This document shows positions 1 through 9,149 of a stretch of DNA of 64,000 nt, one piece after another (position 1 is the stretch's first letter; the number at the start of each line of letters is the position of its first letter). A program made the position numbers and the translations under genes. Source of the DNA: Candidatus Bathyarchaeota archaeon. Its GTDB lineage: Archaea; Thermoproteota; Bathyarchaeia; Bathyarchaeales; DTEX01. Location: contig CAVQNT010000002.1 of the NCBI GenBank assembly GCA_963714275.1, forward strand, positions 64,001 to 128,000. The letters run 5' to 3'. Below the pieces are notes generated by a model. It saw nothing but the letters and a program-made list of their open reading frames with translations. It did no database searches and was not told the origin of the DNA.

Positions 1-436
1 CGTTTGCCTCTCCGATCAAGGTGTGAATGGTCCGCGAATATGGCTCAAACCCGGCCCGATTGACCAATTTTGGATCTTTCAGGACGTTTTGAAAGGAAAC
101 GAATTGGACTGGGTATTTTTTAGAAACCGGGGCGGCGCATTCGGCCAGGTCAAAGAATTCTTGGGCGGTGATCCGGCAGCTGCTTTGGATGGGCAGGTAT
201 AGGGCATCGTATTTTTTCATGCTGAAGCGCTGACCGCTGGTTTCGATTTCGCCCTCTCCGTTAAGACAAATGAGACCTATCTCTTCACCCGCGGTCTCCA
301 GAGAAATCGGGGATTCCCCTCGAGAGAGGACAATGCGGCCATACCGCAAGAACCGGAGACCGGTATTGGATGGGTCGATCAACCGCTTCCGTCCTTTGAC
401 TTGATGGGTCTGCCGAAAAAGCCAGGAAAGGTTCAT
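1..436 (-). CDS. 5-deoxy-glucuronate isomerase IolB/KduI-like cupin (3' end outside window)
   Basis: Not in ORF track. Manual translation from ATG 436: MNLSWLFRQT...ETAGEEIGLICLNGEG...YDALYLP...RAGFEPYSRTIHTLIG. RBS AAGGAGG upstream. Confidence 0.7.
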   Translation of the reverse strand, partial: MNLSWLFRQTHQVKGRKRLIDPSNTGLRFLRYGRIVLSRGESPISLETAGEEIGLICLNGEGEIETSGQRFSMKKYDALYLPIQSSCRITAQEFFDLAECAAPVSKKYPVQFVSFQNVLKDPKLVNRAGFEPYSRTIHTLIGEAN

Positions 437-502
437 TTTTACTCCTCCTTCATAAAAGATAATTTCTCAATGAATCAACAAAGCTATGGATTCTCAAAAA
501 GA

Positions 503-985
503 TCAAGACCGGCCGCGAAAAAGAAGCCAGAGATCGCGAATCGTGTAGCCGATCATAATGGCCCCCGAGATCGGAATGGACAGGTACCATAGAGTTTTGG
601 GATATTCAAAAATTGGGGAACGATCCGTGGCCTTCATCGCCAGTAGCCCCCCTTGATAGGTAAGAACCAATAAGAATACAAGGGAAAGGAGACTCAGGAG
701 GATCTCCAATACACGTCCAGCCTTAGAGCCACCGAGCCATTCGTTGATCACTTCTACGCGAAAGTGAGTCCTCTGGCGCCATAGTCCCGCTGCGCAAAGG
801 AAAACCATCCAGGCAAAGGCAAATTCAACGACCTCGTCCGTCCATCCCATAGACGTGATGGGGACAAATCTGACAAATACTATAGCGGAAATTATGATCA
901 ATAAACCTGCCAAAAAAAAGCTGCTACCCCACCTCATTATTAGTTCCAATACTCTATCTATTTTTTTAAGCATTTCCCGGTTCAT
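503..985 (-). CDS. dctQ: TRAP transporter small permease
   Basis: 160 aa, 4 TM segments, WTDEV...HFRVE motifs; adjacent to dctM and dctP. Confidence 0.9.
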   Translation of the reverse strand: MNREMLKKIDRVLELIMRWGSSFFLAGLLIIISAIVFVRFVPITSMGWTDEVVEFAFAWMVFLCAAGLWRQRTHFRVEVINEWLGGSKAGRVLEILLSLLSLVFLLVLTYQGGLLAMKATDRSPIFEYPKTLWYLSIPISGAIMIGYTIRDLWLLFRGRS

Positions 986-998
986 TTGGGCTCTCCGC

Positions 999-2291
999 TC
1001 ATCGGGCAGAACCCATAAGCAGATTCGGAACCCAGGTCACAAAACCAGGAACATAGGTAACAAGGAATAATACGACCGCCAAAGCTACCATGTGCCACCT
1101 GAGTTCATGGGCCAGTTCCCAAACGGGAATCTTACCTATGCTCGATATGGTGTAGAGGACCATACCCACCGGAGGTGTCAGGAGGCCAACCATCAAGTTA
1201 AGGGTCATCATAACCCCAAAGTGGACTGGATCGATACCGAGCTGGGTGATCATCGGCATGAAGACAGGGATCGTCAAAAGCATGATGCAGATTCCTTCCA
1301 TGAAACAGCCCAGAATGAGCAGAATGATATTGATAACCAGGAGGATGACCCATGGGTTTTTACTGAGGGACATGAGGGCTTTAATCACTGTCTCGGGAAC
1401 CCGCTGATGGATGAGAAGCCATCCAAAAATACCCGCCGCTGAGATGATAAACAGTACCCGGACCGAAGTTTCCAATGTCTCCCATAGAATTCGGGGAAGG
1501 TCCTTTAATTTGACCTCCTTGTAGATAAACATGGTTAAAATGAGGGCATAGACCGTGGCCGCCACAGCGGCCTCGGTCGGGGTAAAGATCCCTGACACCA
1601 TTCCACCGATGATGATGACCGGTGTCGCTATGGCGGATAGGGCCCCCAACGTGCTGGCCATAAGCTCTTGAATGGTGGCCCTTCGTTCCTTGGGGTAGCC
1701 CCTCTGAGTCGAAACAACATAGACGATAATCATCAAGGCAATGCCCATGAGGAAACCGGGAACAAATCCACCTAAAAAGAGCCGGCCAACCGATGTACCG
1801 GTTATACTCCCGTAGATGACAAAGGGGATGCTGGGAGGAATGACGGGACCGATGGTCGAGGCGGAGGCCAGGATGGCGGCACTAAATTTCCGGTCGAACC
1901 CTCTCTTGGTCATTCCTTCTAATTCCACCGTTCCCAGAGCGGCTGCCTCGGCTACGGCCGCACCTGTCATTCCGGCAAAGATCATAGCACTCACTACAAC
2001 GACATGGCCGAGGCCTCCCTTTAAGTGCCCTACTAAGTTCTGGGCAAATCGGAATAAACGGTGGGTGATTCCACCGCTATTCATCAGGTTACCGGTCAGG
2101 ATGAAAAAAGGGATGGCCAGGAGGGTAAAACTTGTGGTGCTGGAGTACATTCTGGCAGGGACCATGGTCAAAACCTCTGTCTCCCCCAGGGCCACAAAAA
2201 AGAATACCGCCGTCAAACCCATGGAGACCGCAATGGGAAGTCCCAGCATGATCAGACCGACCAGGACTAAAAAGATCTCAGCCGTGAGCAC
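999..2291 (-). CDS. dctM: TRAP transporter large permease
   Basis: LLAIPFFILTG, IPPSIP, FTPTEAA and TPPVG motifs. Confidence 0.95.
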   Translation of the reverse strand: MLTAEIFLVLVGLIMLGLPIAVSMGLTAVFFFVALGETEVLTMVPARMYSSTTSFTLLAIPFFILTGNLMNSGGITHRLFRFAQNLVGHLKGGLGHVVVVSAMIFAGMTGAAVAEAAALGTVELEGMTKRGFDRKFSAAILASASTIGPVIPPSIPFVIYGSITGTSVGRLFLGGFVPGFLMGIALMIIVYVVSTQRGYPKERRATIQELMASTLGALSAIATPVIIIGGMVSGIFTPTEAAVAATVYALILTMFIYKEVKLKDLPRILWETLETSVRVLFIISAAGIFGWLLIHQRVPETVIKALMSLSKNPWVILLVINIILLILGCFMEGICIMLLTIPVFMPMITQLGIDPVHFGVMMTLNLMVGLLTPPVGMVLYTISSIGKIPVWELAHELRWHMVALAVVLFLVTYVPGFVTWVPNLLMGSAR

Positions 2292-2312
2292 CGTTTTACC
2301 CTCCTGCTCGGA

Positions 2313-3323
2313 TTATTTCTTTCTGGCATCCTCGACAAATTTCATGAATTTCTTTACATTATCTTCACCGGCATACTTGCCGATCCTTTCATAGGCTGGC
2401 CCCATGGCCGCGCGGAACAGGGCGAGGTCAGGACGGGTCACCTTCACTCCAGCCTTCTCCATCTTGGCGATCTGATCGGCCTCTTCGGCCATGATCGCCT
2501 TCCGCATGTAAGCTCCTGCTGCCTTACTCTCTTCTCGGAAGATTTTCTGTTGCTCCGGTGTCAATTTGGCCCAAGTCTTCGTACTGATCACATGGACCAT
2601 GTTGTTGTAAACATGGCCGGTGAGGGCAAGGTTTTTCTGGACTTCATAGAACTTGTTGTGATAGATCACGGCGATGGGATTCTCCTGGGCATCCACCACT
2701 CCCTGGGCGAGGGCCATGTATAACTCAGGGAAGGCGATCTTTGTAACTACCCCTCCCAAAGCCTCCATGGCAGCCTGAAGCTGAATCTCAGGGGGAACTC
2801 GGATTTTCAACCCCTTCACATCTTCGGGTTTTAGGATGGGCCGCTTACTGTTGGTGAGGTTTCGGAATCCCCATTCCCAGTTGGAGAGAACGATAAATCC
2901 TTCCTTTTCTGCAAGCGGAGAAAACCAATCCATGGAGGGCCCATCCAGAGTTCGGTGGACATGGTCATAATTGTCGTAAACAAAGGGAAGCATGACCACG
3001 GAGAAGGCTTTCACATACTTATCCAGGGCGCCTTGGGTCGGAAGGCTCATATCGATAGCACCGAGTCTTACCTGCTCGGCCTGCTCCGGAGGAGATCCCA
3101 GGACATTCGCAGGGTAGATGGCGATCTTCACTTGCCCTTTGGTCCGCTCCTCCACCTTTGCCGCAAACTGTTTTGCCGCCAAATGACCCGGATGGGTCTC
3201 TTCAGCATAGTGGGCGAATTTCATCTGAATGACCTGGGCCTGAGCGCCCGTGCCCAGCAAGAAAAAGAAAAAAGCTCCCACCATCACGGCCCAGGCAATG
3301 GAATAGAATCGATAGGACTTCAT
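2313..3323 (-). CDS. dctP: TRAP substrate-binding protein
   Basis: Signal peptide; GFRNLT, GLKIRVP (carboxylate-binding Arg), GVVDAQENP. Confidence 0.95.
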   Translation of the reverse strand: MKSYRFYSIAWAVMVGAFFFFLLGTGAQAQVIQMKFAHYAEETHPGHLAAKQFAAKVEERTKGQVKIAIYPANVLGSPPEQAEQVRLGAIDMSLPTQGALDKYVKAFSVVMLPFVYDNYDHVHRTLDGPSMDWFSPLAEKEGFIVLSNWEWGFRNLTNSKRPILKPEDVKGLKIRVPPEIQLQAAMEALGGVVTKIAFPELYMALAQGVVDAQENPIAVIYHNKFYEVQKNLALTGHVYNNMVHVISTKTWAKLTPEQQKIFREESKAAGAYMRKAIMAEEADQIAKMEKAGVKVTRPDLALFRAAMGPAYERIGKYAGEDNVKKFMKFVEDARKK

Positions 3324-3425
3324 TTTTTTACCCTCCTTTCTTTTTTGGTGATCCTTTGAATCACAAGATAGTTTTTAGAAAAAGTAATATCCTCCTCACG
3401 CCTTATCGAATCTCCAGTTTCTGAT

Positions 3426-3803
3426 CTATTCTTCCCCCCTTTCCTTCAGAGCCTGTTTCAGCTTTTCAAGCCAATCCTCCCGGGGTGGACAGAAGATATC
3501 GATCCCTTTGAAGCCAGTTTTGGTCTCCCCTCCATGCATCACATTGGGAGGATGAATGCATATATCACCCGCCTTCATCAAGAAATTCTCCTTTCCGCAA
3601 ATATGATCCTCCTCTCCCTCCAGGATGATAAGGATCTGTTCTGACGGGTGACCATGAAGCGGGAAAACGCAACCGGCTGGATTTTCAATGAAACTGAGCA
3701 GGACATTCGTTCCGACCACCATGTGGCTCTTCGATTTTTCTGTTAGCATCACAACAGGCAAATCCTTGATGCGATAAAAATACCTTGTTTTTTTCCGGGC
3801 CAT
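3426..3803 (-). CDS. Cupin domain protein
   Basis: PLHGHPSEQ and GDICIHPPNVMH metal-binding motifs. Confidence 0.9.
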   Translation of the reverse strand: MARKKTRYFYRIKDLPVVMLTEKSKSHMVVGTNVLLSFIENPAGCVFPLHGHPSEQILIILEGEEDHICGKENFLMKAGDICIHPPNVMHGGETKTGFKGIDIFCPPREDWLEKLKQALKERGEE

Positions 3804-3863
3804 TTCTCGCCTCCTTTCCGAGAGATTTAGCTTCTTATCCTTGGCTCCCCTGGTGAACCCATC

Positions 3864-4820
3864 TTACACGACGTCTTTTAATTGGATCTCCTGGGCATAC
3901 CTGGGATCTACCTGAATGGCCTTAGCAGGATTCCGCAAAACCCCGATTCCCTCGATCTCCGCCTCAATCACATCCCCTGGCCAAAACGGACCGGCAGGCG
4001 GGGTGGCGGTGGTCACTACATCGCCGGGCTCCAGCGTCCAGAAATTGGTCACAAACTCGATAATCTCTCCAAACCCCAGCCTCATGTTGGAGGTGTTCGA
4101 TTCACATTCCACTTTCCCGTTGCGCCTTCTCAATGTTTTGAGGTGGTAGATATCTTTGGGCATTTCATCAGGGGTCACAATCCAGGGTCCCATGGGCGCA
4201 AAGGTGTCGATGTTTTTCCCCCACGGCTGAAATTCCCGGTTCGTGGCTTCGAGGGACCTGGCGGTAATATCGTCGAGGATTGTATACCCGAAGATAACCT
4301 CGTTCACCTTCTCCTTCGGCACGTTCTTGCATTTTTTAGAGATGACGCAAGAGAATTCCCATTCGTGGTAGAAAACTCCATATCCTTGCGGCAAAAAGAT
4401 GGTTTCCTGATGGCCGATTACGGCGGATGGAGATTTGAGGAATACCAGGGGCACGGGGGAGTATGCGATGCCGATCAATTTTCGGTAGTCTTCGTAATTC
4501 ACGCCGGTGCAGATGATCTTGGGTGGATGATGGGGTGCCCGGAAGGAGACCTGCGAGAGGGGGAAAACACATTCGGGAACTTGGTAGTTCTTCTGCCGCA
4601 CGAAATGCAGCGCTTTCCTCGCTGCGGGGAGGGAGATTTCGTTTTGGGTGATGAATCGCACCATTTCCTCCGGGATTTCGGCCTTGGCCTTAGACTCGGG
4701 TTCGGGCGAACCTTCCGTCTTCAGGCAAGTGAGATAGGCCGCCGAAAGGTCTATGGCCCAATCGTTTACAAACGCCCCCGGCCGCTTTTTCCCTCTGCTT
4801 TCAAAGGTACCGAGTTTCAT
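3864..4820 (-). CDS. Fumarylacetoacetate hydrolase family protein
   Basis: KIICTGVNY, FLKSPSAV, HEWEF, DDITAR, GKNIDTFAPMGP, TLEPGDV. Confidence 0.9.
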   Translation of the reverse strand: MKLGTFESRGKKRPGAFVNDWAIDLSAAYLTCLKTEGSPEPESKAKAEIPEEMVRFITQNEISLPAARKALHFVRQKNYQVPECVFPLSQVSFRAPHHPPKIICTGVNYEDYRKLIGIAYSPVPLVFLKSPSAVIGHQETIFLPQGYGVFYHEWEFSCVISKKCKNVPKEKVNEVIFGYTILDDITARSLEATNREFQPWGKNIDTFAPMGPWIVTPDEMPKDIYHLKTLRRRNGKVECESNTSNMRLGFGEIIEFVTNFWTLEPGDVVTTATPPAGPFWPGDVIEAEIEGIGVLRNPAKAIQVDPRYAQEIQLKDVV

Positions 4821-4838
4821 CTCTTTCCCCGGAACTTG

Positions 4839-5630
4839 TTATTCGTTCCCTTTTCCCATATATCCCATCTTGGAAGAGATCAGGCCAGCCGCCTTCATCA
4901 ACTGACCCGCAAAAATTTTTTCGCGGGGGACATTAATCTTCCGCTGGGGGCCGGAGATGCTGAGAGCGGCAACCGCATTCCCTAAATGATTGAAGATGGG
5001 AGCGGCGAGGCACTCTACGTCCTCCTCAATTTCCCGGCGGTCGCGGGCATATCCGCGCCTTCGGACCTCTTTGAGTTCCCCGATTAGCTGCTTCTTGGAA
5101 GTGATGGTGTGGGAGGTGAAGGGTTTCAGGTGGATTTCATCTATGACTCTGGGGCGTTCCTCTTCAGGCAGGTGGGCGAGCAGAGCTTTTCCCAGAGCGG
5201 TGCAGTAGACCGGAGCCCGCTGCCCGATTTTAGACATGACGCCCAGGGTGCGAGGGGAATCGATTTTATCTACATACACGATTTCTGTATCACTTAGCAC
5301 AGCAAGATGGACTGTCTCCTGAACCTTCAAAGCCAGCTCCGTCATAATGGGCTTGGAGATCTTGATGAAGTCCATTCGTCTCAAATAGGTATTTCCGATT
5401 TCAAAGGCGGACAGGCCCAGTGAGTATTCTCCTGTTTTTTGATCTTTCTCCACAAGACCGCATTTCTCCAGGGAGAGGAGGATGCGGTAGGTGGTGCTTC
5501 GATCGAGTTCGAGCTGCCGGGCAATTTCACTGATTTTGAAATGGGTTTTAATCCCGTGAAAGCATTTCAGGATATTGCTAGCCCGGATGATGGAGTTGAT
5601 GAGGTATCTATCTTTCCGATCGGAGGCCAT
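4839..5630 (-). CDS. IclR family transcriptional regulator
   Basis: N-terminal HTH (STTYRIL), ETVHLAV, YCTALGKALLA, AALSISGP. Confidence 0.95.
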   Translation of the reverse strand: MASDRKDRYLINSIIRASNILKCFHGIKTHFKISEIARQLELDRSTTYRILLSLEKCGLVEKDQKTGEYSLGLSAFEIGNTYLRRMDFIKISKPIMTELALKVQETVHLAVLSDTEIVYVDKIDSPRTLGVMSKIGQRAPVYCTALGKALLAHLPEEERPRVIDEIHLKPFTSHTITSKKQLIGELKEVRRRGYARDRREIEEDVECLAAPIFNHLGNAVAALSISGPQRKINVPREKIFAGQLMKAAGLISSKMGYMGKGNE

Positions 5631-5665
5631 TTCACTAATACAACAGATAATTTAAAATTGCCTCA

Positions 5666-5694
5666 TTTATATTTGAATTTAAAATTCTTGTCAA
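5666..5694 (-). promoter_or_regulatory. Sigma70-type promoter of the iclR-FAH-TRAP operon
   Basis: Minus strand TTGACA-17 bp-TATAAA, 35 bp upstream of the iclR start. Confidence 0.7.
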
Positions 5695-5985
5695 GAGTAA
5701 TTTTTCCTAAGAAACGACATCCGATCGACAACTCTTTGCATTTTTGGCAGTGGTTATTCTGTTGAAATTCATTCGATAATTAGGAAGGGGGTAGTGTGGG
5801 ACCCTGAATGGGGCAGATTTCAACCCTGCCAGGATCGAGCCTTTCAGTGTGTCCGGGCTCATCCGGAGCATCATGGAGGAAAAGCCAGCATAATCCTTTG
5901 CCGGTTTCAGTCGGGGAATCTCTTTTAAAGGATGCGGAAACTCTTTGGGCAGTAACGGAAAGAGCACTCCGCCCTTGATTCACAT

Positions 5986-6420
5986 TCACCGCTCTCGGAT
6001 GCGAAAGTGACCTTGCTCATCATTGTATCGTTCGGTCTTGACTCCTTCGAGAACGGTTAGGCTAACCTCAGCCCGATAAGCCACTACACTCCCAGGTTCT
6101 AAATGCCCAATGTAAGTGGTTTTGCTGTCCCAGTCGAACACGCTGATGTGGGCGTGAGCCTCCCCTCCAATGACTGAGCCCTGAACGCCGGCCAGTTCGA
6201 TGGCGCCGGTAAAGTTCCAGTACTTATCCAATGGTTGGACAGCGGTGGTGGTAATAGTGTGGAGATGCACACGCTGCAAAGAACCGATCCCACCCGTGAT
6301 GGCAGCGGTGTCGATCTGTTCTTTTCTTACAACCGCCTGAAGGCCTTCCAGAAGCAGGTCATCTCTGTCAAACATTATCAGGATTGTCCGCGGTGTTGTT
6401 TTAGATACGAAATGCTGCAT
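5986..6420 (-). CDS. PPC/DUF296 domain protein
   Basis: GGIGSL, IELAGVQGS, HAHISV and YIGHL motifs; ATG 6420 follows RBS AAGGAGG. Confidence 0.85.
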   Translation of the reverse strand: MQHFVSKTTPRTILIMFDRDDLLLEGLQAVVRKEQIDTAAITGGIGSLQRVHLHTITTTAVQPLDKYWNFTGAIELAGVQGSVIGGEAHAHISVFDWDSKTTYIGHLEPGSVVAYRAEVSLTVLEGVKTERYNDEQGHFRIRER

Positions 6421-6583
6421 TCGTCCCCTCCTTTCAATAGCATTTATCTCTATACCCCCCTTATGCCTCACGATTAGGAGTTTTGATTTTCGCGCAATTA
6501 TCTACCGGTCAGGATAATGCCAGGGTTGTATCGTAGGTCAAACACCTAACCCGGCATAGCCGGAACCAATCAGGAATTCGCTC

Positions 6584-6764
6584 GAAATCCCCCCAACCCC
6601 CCTTTTCTAAAAGGGGGAAGGGATTTCTGAAATTTGTTACCATTTTGCGCGCAATTTCATTCGTAAGGGACTATGGTTTTTCTGCGCCCGCCGCAAAAAA
6701 ATGGCCCCTGCGGGGCAGAAAATGGCCTCAACCAAACCCCCCTTTTCTAAAGGGGGGATTTCTG
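6584..6764. repeat. Two REP-like palindromic repeats (AACCCCCCTTTTCTAAAGGGGG..GGATTTCTG)
   Basis: Copies at 6584-6629 and 6734-6764; partial inverted similarity near 12716-12746. Confidence 0.65.
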
Positions 6765-6822
6765 CCGGCAATGACGAGGCTCATTCTTACCAACATGTTA
6801 GTTTTAGTTTGGCCATAAGCGC

Positions 6823-7704
6823 CTAATCAACCGGATTCGTCATTTTTTCAAGGACCTTAATGAGTTCGTGGACATCAGCGTTTTCCAGCCCTAAGGAAAG
6901 AGCCGCAAGAAAGTATTGATAGGCTGCAGAGGCCACAATTAAAGGAGTTCGCATCCTTCTGCTGTCATTGATCACCAGCCCAATATCTTTGCACATCTGG
7001 CCCAGCCCCCCGGGCGCGGGAGTATTGTCAAGTATACTCGACGTAATGAGCCTGAACCAATCACTTCCGCAAATACCGCTTCCCACGACTTGGCAGACCA
7101 GCCGTGGGTCAAGCCCTCCTTTTCTGGCCAGGGTAATTACTTCAACGGTGGCGGCAAGGGTGGTGGCCACGAGGAGCTGGTTACAATGCTTAACCGCCTG
7201 TCCCAATCCAGGTTTTTCGCCGACATAAGTAATTTTCCCCTGCACTTCAAGGACAGACCGGCATTCTTCCAGAAGGTCTTTCGATGTTGCTACAATCAGC
7301 GTCAAAGTTCCCGCTTCCACCCTGGCCGGTCCCCCGGTAACAGGGGAATCTACAAAACCCACCCCTTTTTTTGCGCATTGCTCGGCCACCCATTCCAGAT
7401 TCTCTTGGTCGATAGTGGACATGCAGATTACCCTTGTTTCTTTGTGGCATCCTTGAAGGAGGCCATCGGGACCGGTCACCACCTCGATGACTTGTTGGTC
7501 ATTCAACACGTAGACAATGATCTTGCCTGACTTTTCGGCGATTTCTCTGCTGTTTCTCAGCGCCAGCCCACCGGCACCGGTAAATTCTTTAACCACCTCG
7601 GGCCTCCGAGCATAGCCCACCACTTTGTACCCTTCTTTCATATACTTTTTTGCAGCCACCATTCCCATCCGTCCCAGGCCGATGATTCCTATTGCTTCGG
7701 ACAT
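6823..7704 (-). CDS. NAD(P)-dependent beta-hydroxyacid dehydrogenase (3-hydroxyisobutyrate/tartronate semialdehyde reductase family)
   Basis: GIIGLGRMG, VDSPVTGG, GQAVKHCNQ, KDIGL. Confidence 0.9.
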   Translation of the reverse strand: MSEAIGIIGLGRMGMVAAKKYMKEGYKVVGYARRPEVVKEFTGAGGLALRNSREIAEKSGKIIVYVLNDQQVIEVVTGPDGLLQGCHKETRVICMSTIDQENLEWVAEQCAKKGVGFVDSPVTGGPARVEAGTLTLIVATSKDLLEECRSVLEVQGKITYVGEKPGLGQAVKHCNQLLVATTLAATVEVITLARKGGLDPRLVCQVVGSGICGSDWFRLITSSILDNTPAPGGLGQMCKDIGLVINDSRRMRTPLIVASAAYQYFLAALSLGLENADVHELIKVLEKMTNPVD

Positions 7705-8210
7705 TTTTACCTCCTCAAGTGAAATGAAAAAGCGTCATGATTCACTGTTTCTTCCCGCTGATCCGAACAGATAACTCTTGCTCAACCTGATTCCCTTCCG
7801 AGCAAAAAGGAGGAGAAGATCCTATTTTTCTTCGATAAGTGGGTCATGCCTTTCGGCAATTTGACTGCTCGGTCGGGGTTGAATATCCCACACAGGCAGG
7901 GCTTTGCCAGTTCGACGGCTGCCTTCTCGATCGTGACCTTTTCCTTTTTGATATCTTCCACCATTTTCTGAACCAGGTGACCTCAAAGTCCTTCCATTTC
8001 ATTATTACAACATCCGTTTAAGTAACTTAATTTAGAAAGCTTGTCAATATTTTTCCCGCTGAATATGGATTCCTTTTCTTCCCTATCCAGTGATCAGCCC
8101 TGCTGCTCTATTATAGAAAAAGTTATTGGAAGGAGGTCCACCATGTTCTATAGTATTATGAAGGATACGCAAACTACATCCCAGAAGAAGAACTGAAAAG
8201 GGAGTAAGGA

Positions 8211-9080
8211 ATGAAATTTAAGGGAAGCCAGACCGAGAAAAACCTGCAGGCCGCTTTTGCCGGAGAGTCGCAGGCTCGCAACGCATATATGTATTACGCC
8301 GATGCTGCCAGGAAAGCCGGCTATCACCAGATCTCGGATGTATTCCTAGAAATTGCTGAGAATGAAGGAGAGCATGCCAGGACGCAGTTTGAGTTCCTCG
8401 ACCGAATTAAGGATACAAGGAAAAACCTGGAGGCTGTTGCTCAGAGTGAAAAATATGAACGCACCGAAATGTACCCTGAGTTTGCCAAGATAGCAAGAGA
8501 GGAGGGTTTACAGGAGATCGCTGAGTGCTTTGAACGCATGGGTAAGGTTGAAGCAAAGCACGAAGAAATATGTCTTAACTTGTTGGAAGATTTTGATGAA
8601 AATAAAATTCCAAAAGAGAGGACGGTTGGCCATTCCTCCGTTACTATGGCTCAGTTGATGTTGCCCCACCAGGCAAACCCAGCAGGGTATGTTCATGGAG
8701 GGGAAATTATGAAAATCATGGATAATGCTGCCGGAGTGGTGGCCGCCCGCCATGCCCATACCAATGTCGTCACTGCCAGGGTGGACGATATCAACTTCCT
8801 CAATCCCGTCAGGGTAGGAGACCTGGTTGTTGTGCAGGCGATGCTTACTTTTGTCGCCCATTCCTCCATGGAAATTTGCCTGGAGGTGGAGACCGAAAAC
8901 CTGGCAACTGAGGAGAAACAGCTGGCCCTACGCGCCTTTTTTATCTATGTGGCTCTGGACCAGGCGGGGAAACCCACTGAAGTGCCCCCTCTCTTGATAA
9001 CAACGGAAGAGGCAGAGAGACTCTTCGAGGAAGGGCGGAAAAGGTACGAAGCCCACAAGAAACAAAGGCCGCCTCAGTGA
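8211..9080 (+). CDS. Rubrerythrin di-iron domain fused to a hotdog acyl-CoA thioesterase
   Basis: TEKNLQAAFAGESQA, ENEGEH, EMYPEFA and VEAKH, then NPAGYVHGGEIMKIMD. Confidence 0.85.
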   Translation: MKFKGSQTEKNLQAAFAGESQARNAYMYYADAARKAGYHQISDVFLEIAENEGEHARTQFEFLDRIKDTRKNLEAVAQSEKYERTEMYPEFAKIAREEGLQEIAECFERMGKVEAKHEEICLNLLEDFDENKIPKERTVGHSSVTMAQLMLPHQANPAGYVHGGEIMKIMDNAAGVVAARHAHTNVVTARVDDINFLNPVRVGDLVVVQAMLTFVAHSSMEICLEVETENLATEEKQLALRAFFIYVALDQAGKPTEVPPLLITTEEAERLFEEGRKRYEAHKKQRPPQ

Positions 9081-9149
9081 GATCGGCAGATTATAACCTC
9101 AGTTTTTTCACCCATTATTCCAAGGGAACATCCGGAAAGGACCCGTTAG

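Noticed and set aside
3882-4985. 367-aa + strand ORF
   Set aside because: Antisense shadow of the FAH and iclR genes with no motifs. The same applies to most short overlapping ORFs in the track.
5707-5989. Two short overlapping minus-strand ORFs
   Set aside because: No recognisable motif; cannot be supported as genes
7782-8003. Fragment ...KAAVELAKPCLCGIFNPDRA
   Set aside because: Looks like a gene remnant, but I cannot assign the family
8143-8196. 17-codon ORF with GGAGG before the rubrerythrin fusion
   Set aside because: Too short and no attenuator structure seen
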